Source: Candidatus Neomicrothrix parvicella RN1
Lineage (GTDB): Bacteria > Actinomycetota > Acidimicrobiia > Acidimicrobiales > VFJN01
NCBI GenBank assembly: GCA_945898515.1
Contig: CAMDIH010000004.1
Location: 1-56,532, forward strand
Length of the DNA stretch: 56,532 nt
Direction of reading: 5' to 3'
Below, piece by piece: positions 55,979-56,532 of this stretch (its first letter is position 1; each line of letters begins with the position of its first letter). Under the pieces are notes generated by a model that saw only the letters and a program-made list of their open reading frames with translations, did not search any database and was not told the origin of the DNA. A program made the position numbers and the translations under genes.

Positions 55979-56532
55979 TCAGGCTCTCTGCAGCGCCGCC
56001 GCACTCAGTCCCCGAAAGCGCCGGTAGCGCCCCTCCGCCGCCTCTACCCAGGGGGGGTTGGGTTCCACGATCCGGGCGGTGGTGGCCCAGCGCGACGCGT
56101 CAGTCATGGAGGATTCCAACCCCGCTACACACCGGGCCACGAAGGCGCTACCCAGCGCGGCGCCCTCGGGCACGGCGGCCACCGCCACGGGCAGGTTGGT
56201 GCAATCCGCCAGCGCCTGCATCCACGGCTCTACCTGGGTACCGCCGCCGGTGGCCACGATGCGTTGGGGCACCAGGCCCGCCTCGGCAGCCAGATCGAGG
56301 TGGTGACGCACCACGAAGCCGGCGGCTTCGTACGCCCCCCGCAGGAGATGCTCGGGGCCGTGCTGGAGACCCACGTCATGGAGCGAGACGCGCAAGTCGC
56401 GGCGGTGCAGGGGGGTGCGTTCTCCGCGCACGTAAGGCAGCCAGACCGGGATCTCGCCCGGGGCCACGTCACCTACCCGAGCCGCCGCCGATGGTCCGAG
56501 CCACCGCCGCACCCGATCGAGGAACAGGCCGC
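55979..56532 (-). CDS. xylB: FGGY-family carbohydrate kinase (XylB-like), C-terminal part; start lies outside the window
   Basis: WLPYVRGERTP, TGGGT, WMQALAD, EGAALGSA; the frame stays open to the window edge. Confidence 0.88.
   Translation of the reverse strand, partial: GLFLDRVRRWLGPSAAARVGDVAPGEIPVWLPYVRGERTPLHRRDLRVSLHDVGLQHGPEHLLRGAYEAAGFVVRHHLDLAAEAGLVPQRIVATGGGTQVEPWMQALADCTNLPVAVAAVPEGAALGSAFVARCVAGLESSMTDASRWATTARIVEPNPPWVEAAEGRYRRFRGLSAAALQRA

Noticed and set aside
1-56532. CRISPR arrays, tRNA/rRNA, transposases, integrases, prophage or defence genes, and intrinsic terminators
   Set aside because: No regular repeats, RNA-gene signatures or such protein motifs were seen; hairpins at convergent junctions (about 19894-19917, 22916-22958 and 55960-55978) are too weak to call.

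Overview
GC-rich, densely coding actinobacterial-type window (taxon is inferred; Acidimicrobiia/Frankia/Mycobacterium-like gene repertoire). It holds about 51 CDS forming one large catabolic island for CoA-dependent breakdown of an unknown lipophilic substrate: 7 acyl-CoA synthetases, 4 pairs of acyl-CoA dehydrogenases plus one fused two-domain ACAD, 6 SDRs, 6 amidohydrolase-fold proteins, 2 crotonases, a MaoC double hot-dog protein, an Ltp2-like thiolase-fold protein with a DUF35 partner, 2 thioesterases, a P450, a Baeyer-Villiger monooxygenase, a type I sulfatase, an APH-family kinase, and a serA2/fucA/xylB-like sugar module at the right end. No rRNA, tRNA, CRISPR array or mobile element was seen. 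The most notable unannotated signal is a recurring pseudo-palindrome, C-TRACR-N4-YGTCA (R=A/G, Y=C/T), at 7 of the 10 divergent gene junctions, often next to a -10 hexamer. One copy lies upstream of a tandem double-TetR regulator, which suggests an undescribed regulon. Other signals the ORF track misses are a decayed GMC-oxidoreductase remnant at about 54181-54455, a small protein that looks like a degenerate tandem desulforedoxin-like fold next to the P450, and frequent apparently leaderless promoters. Many ORF-track starts were moved to the more likely downstream codon.
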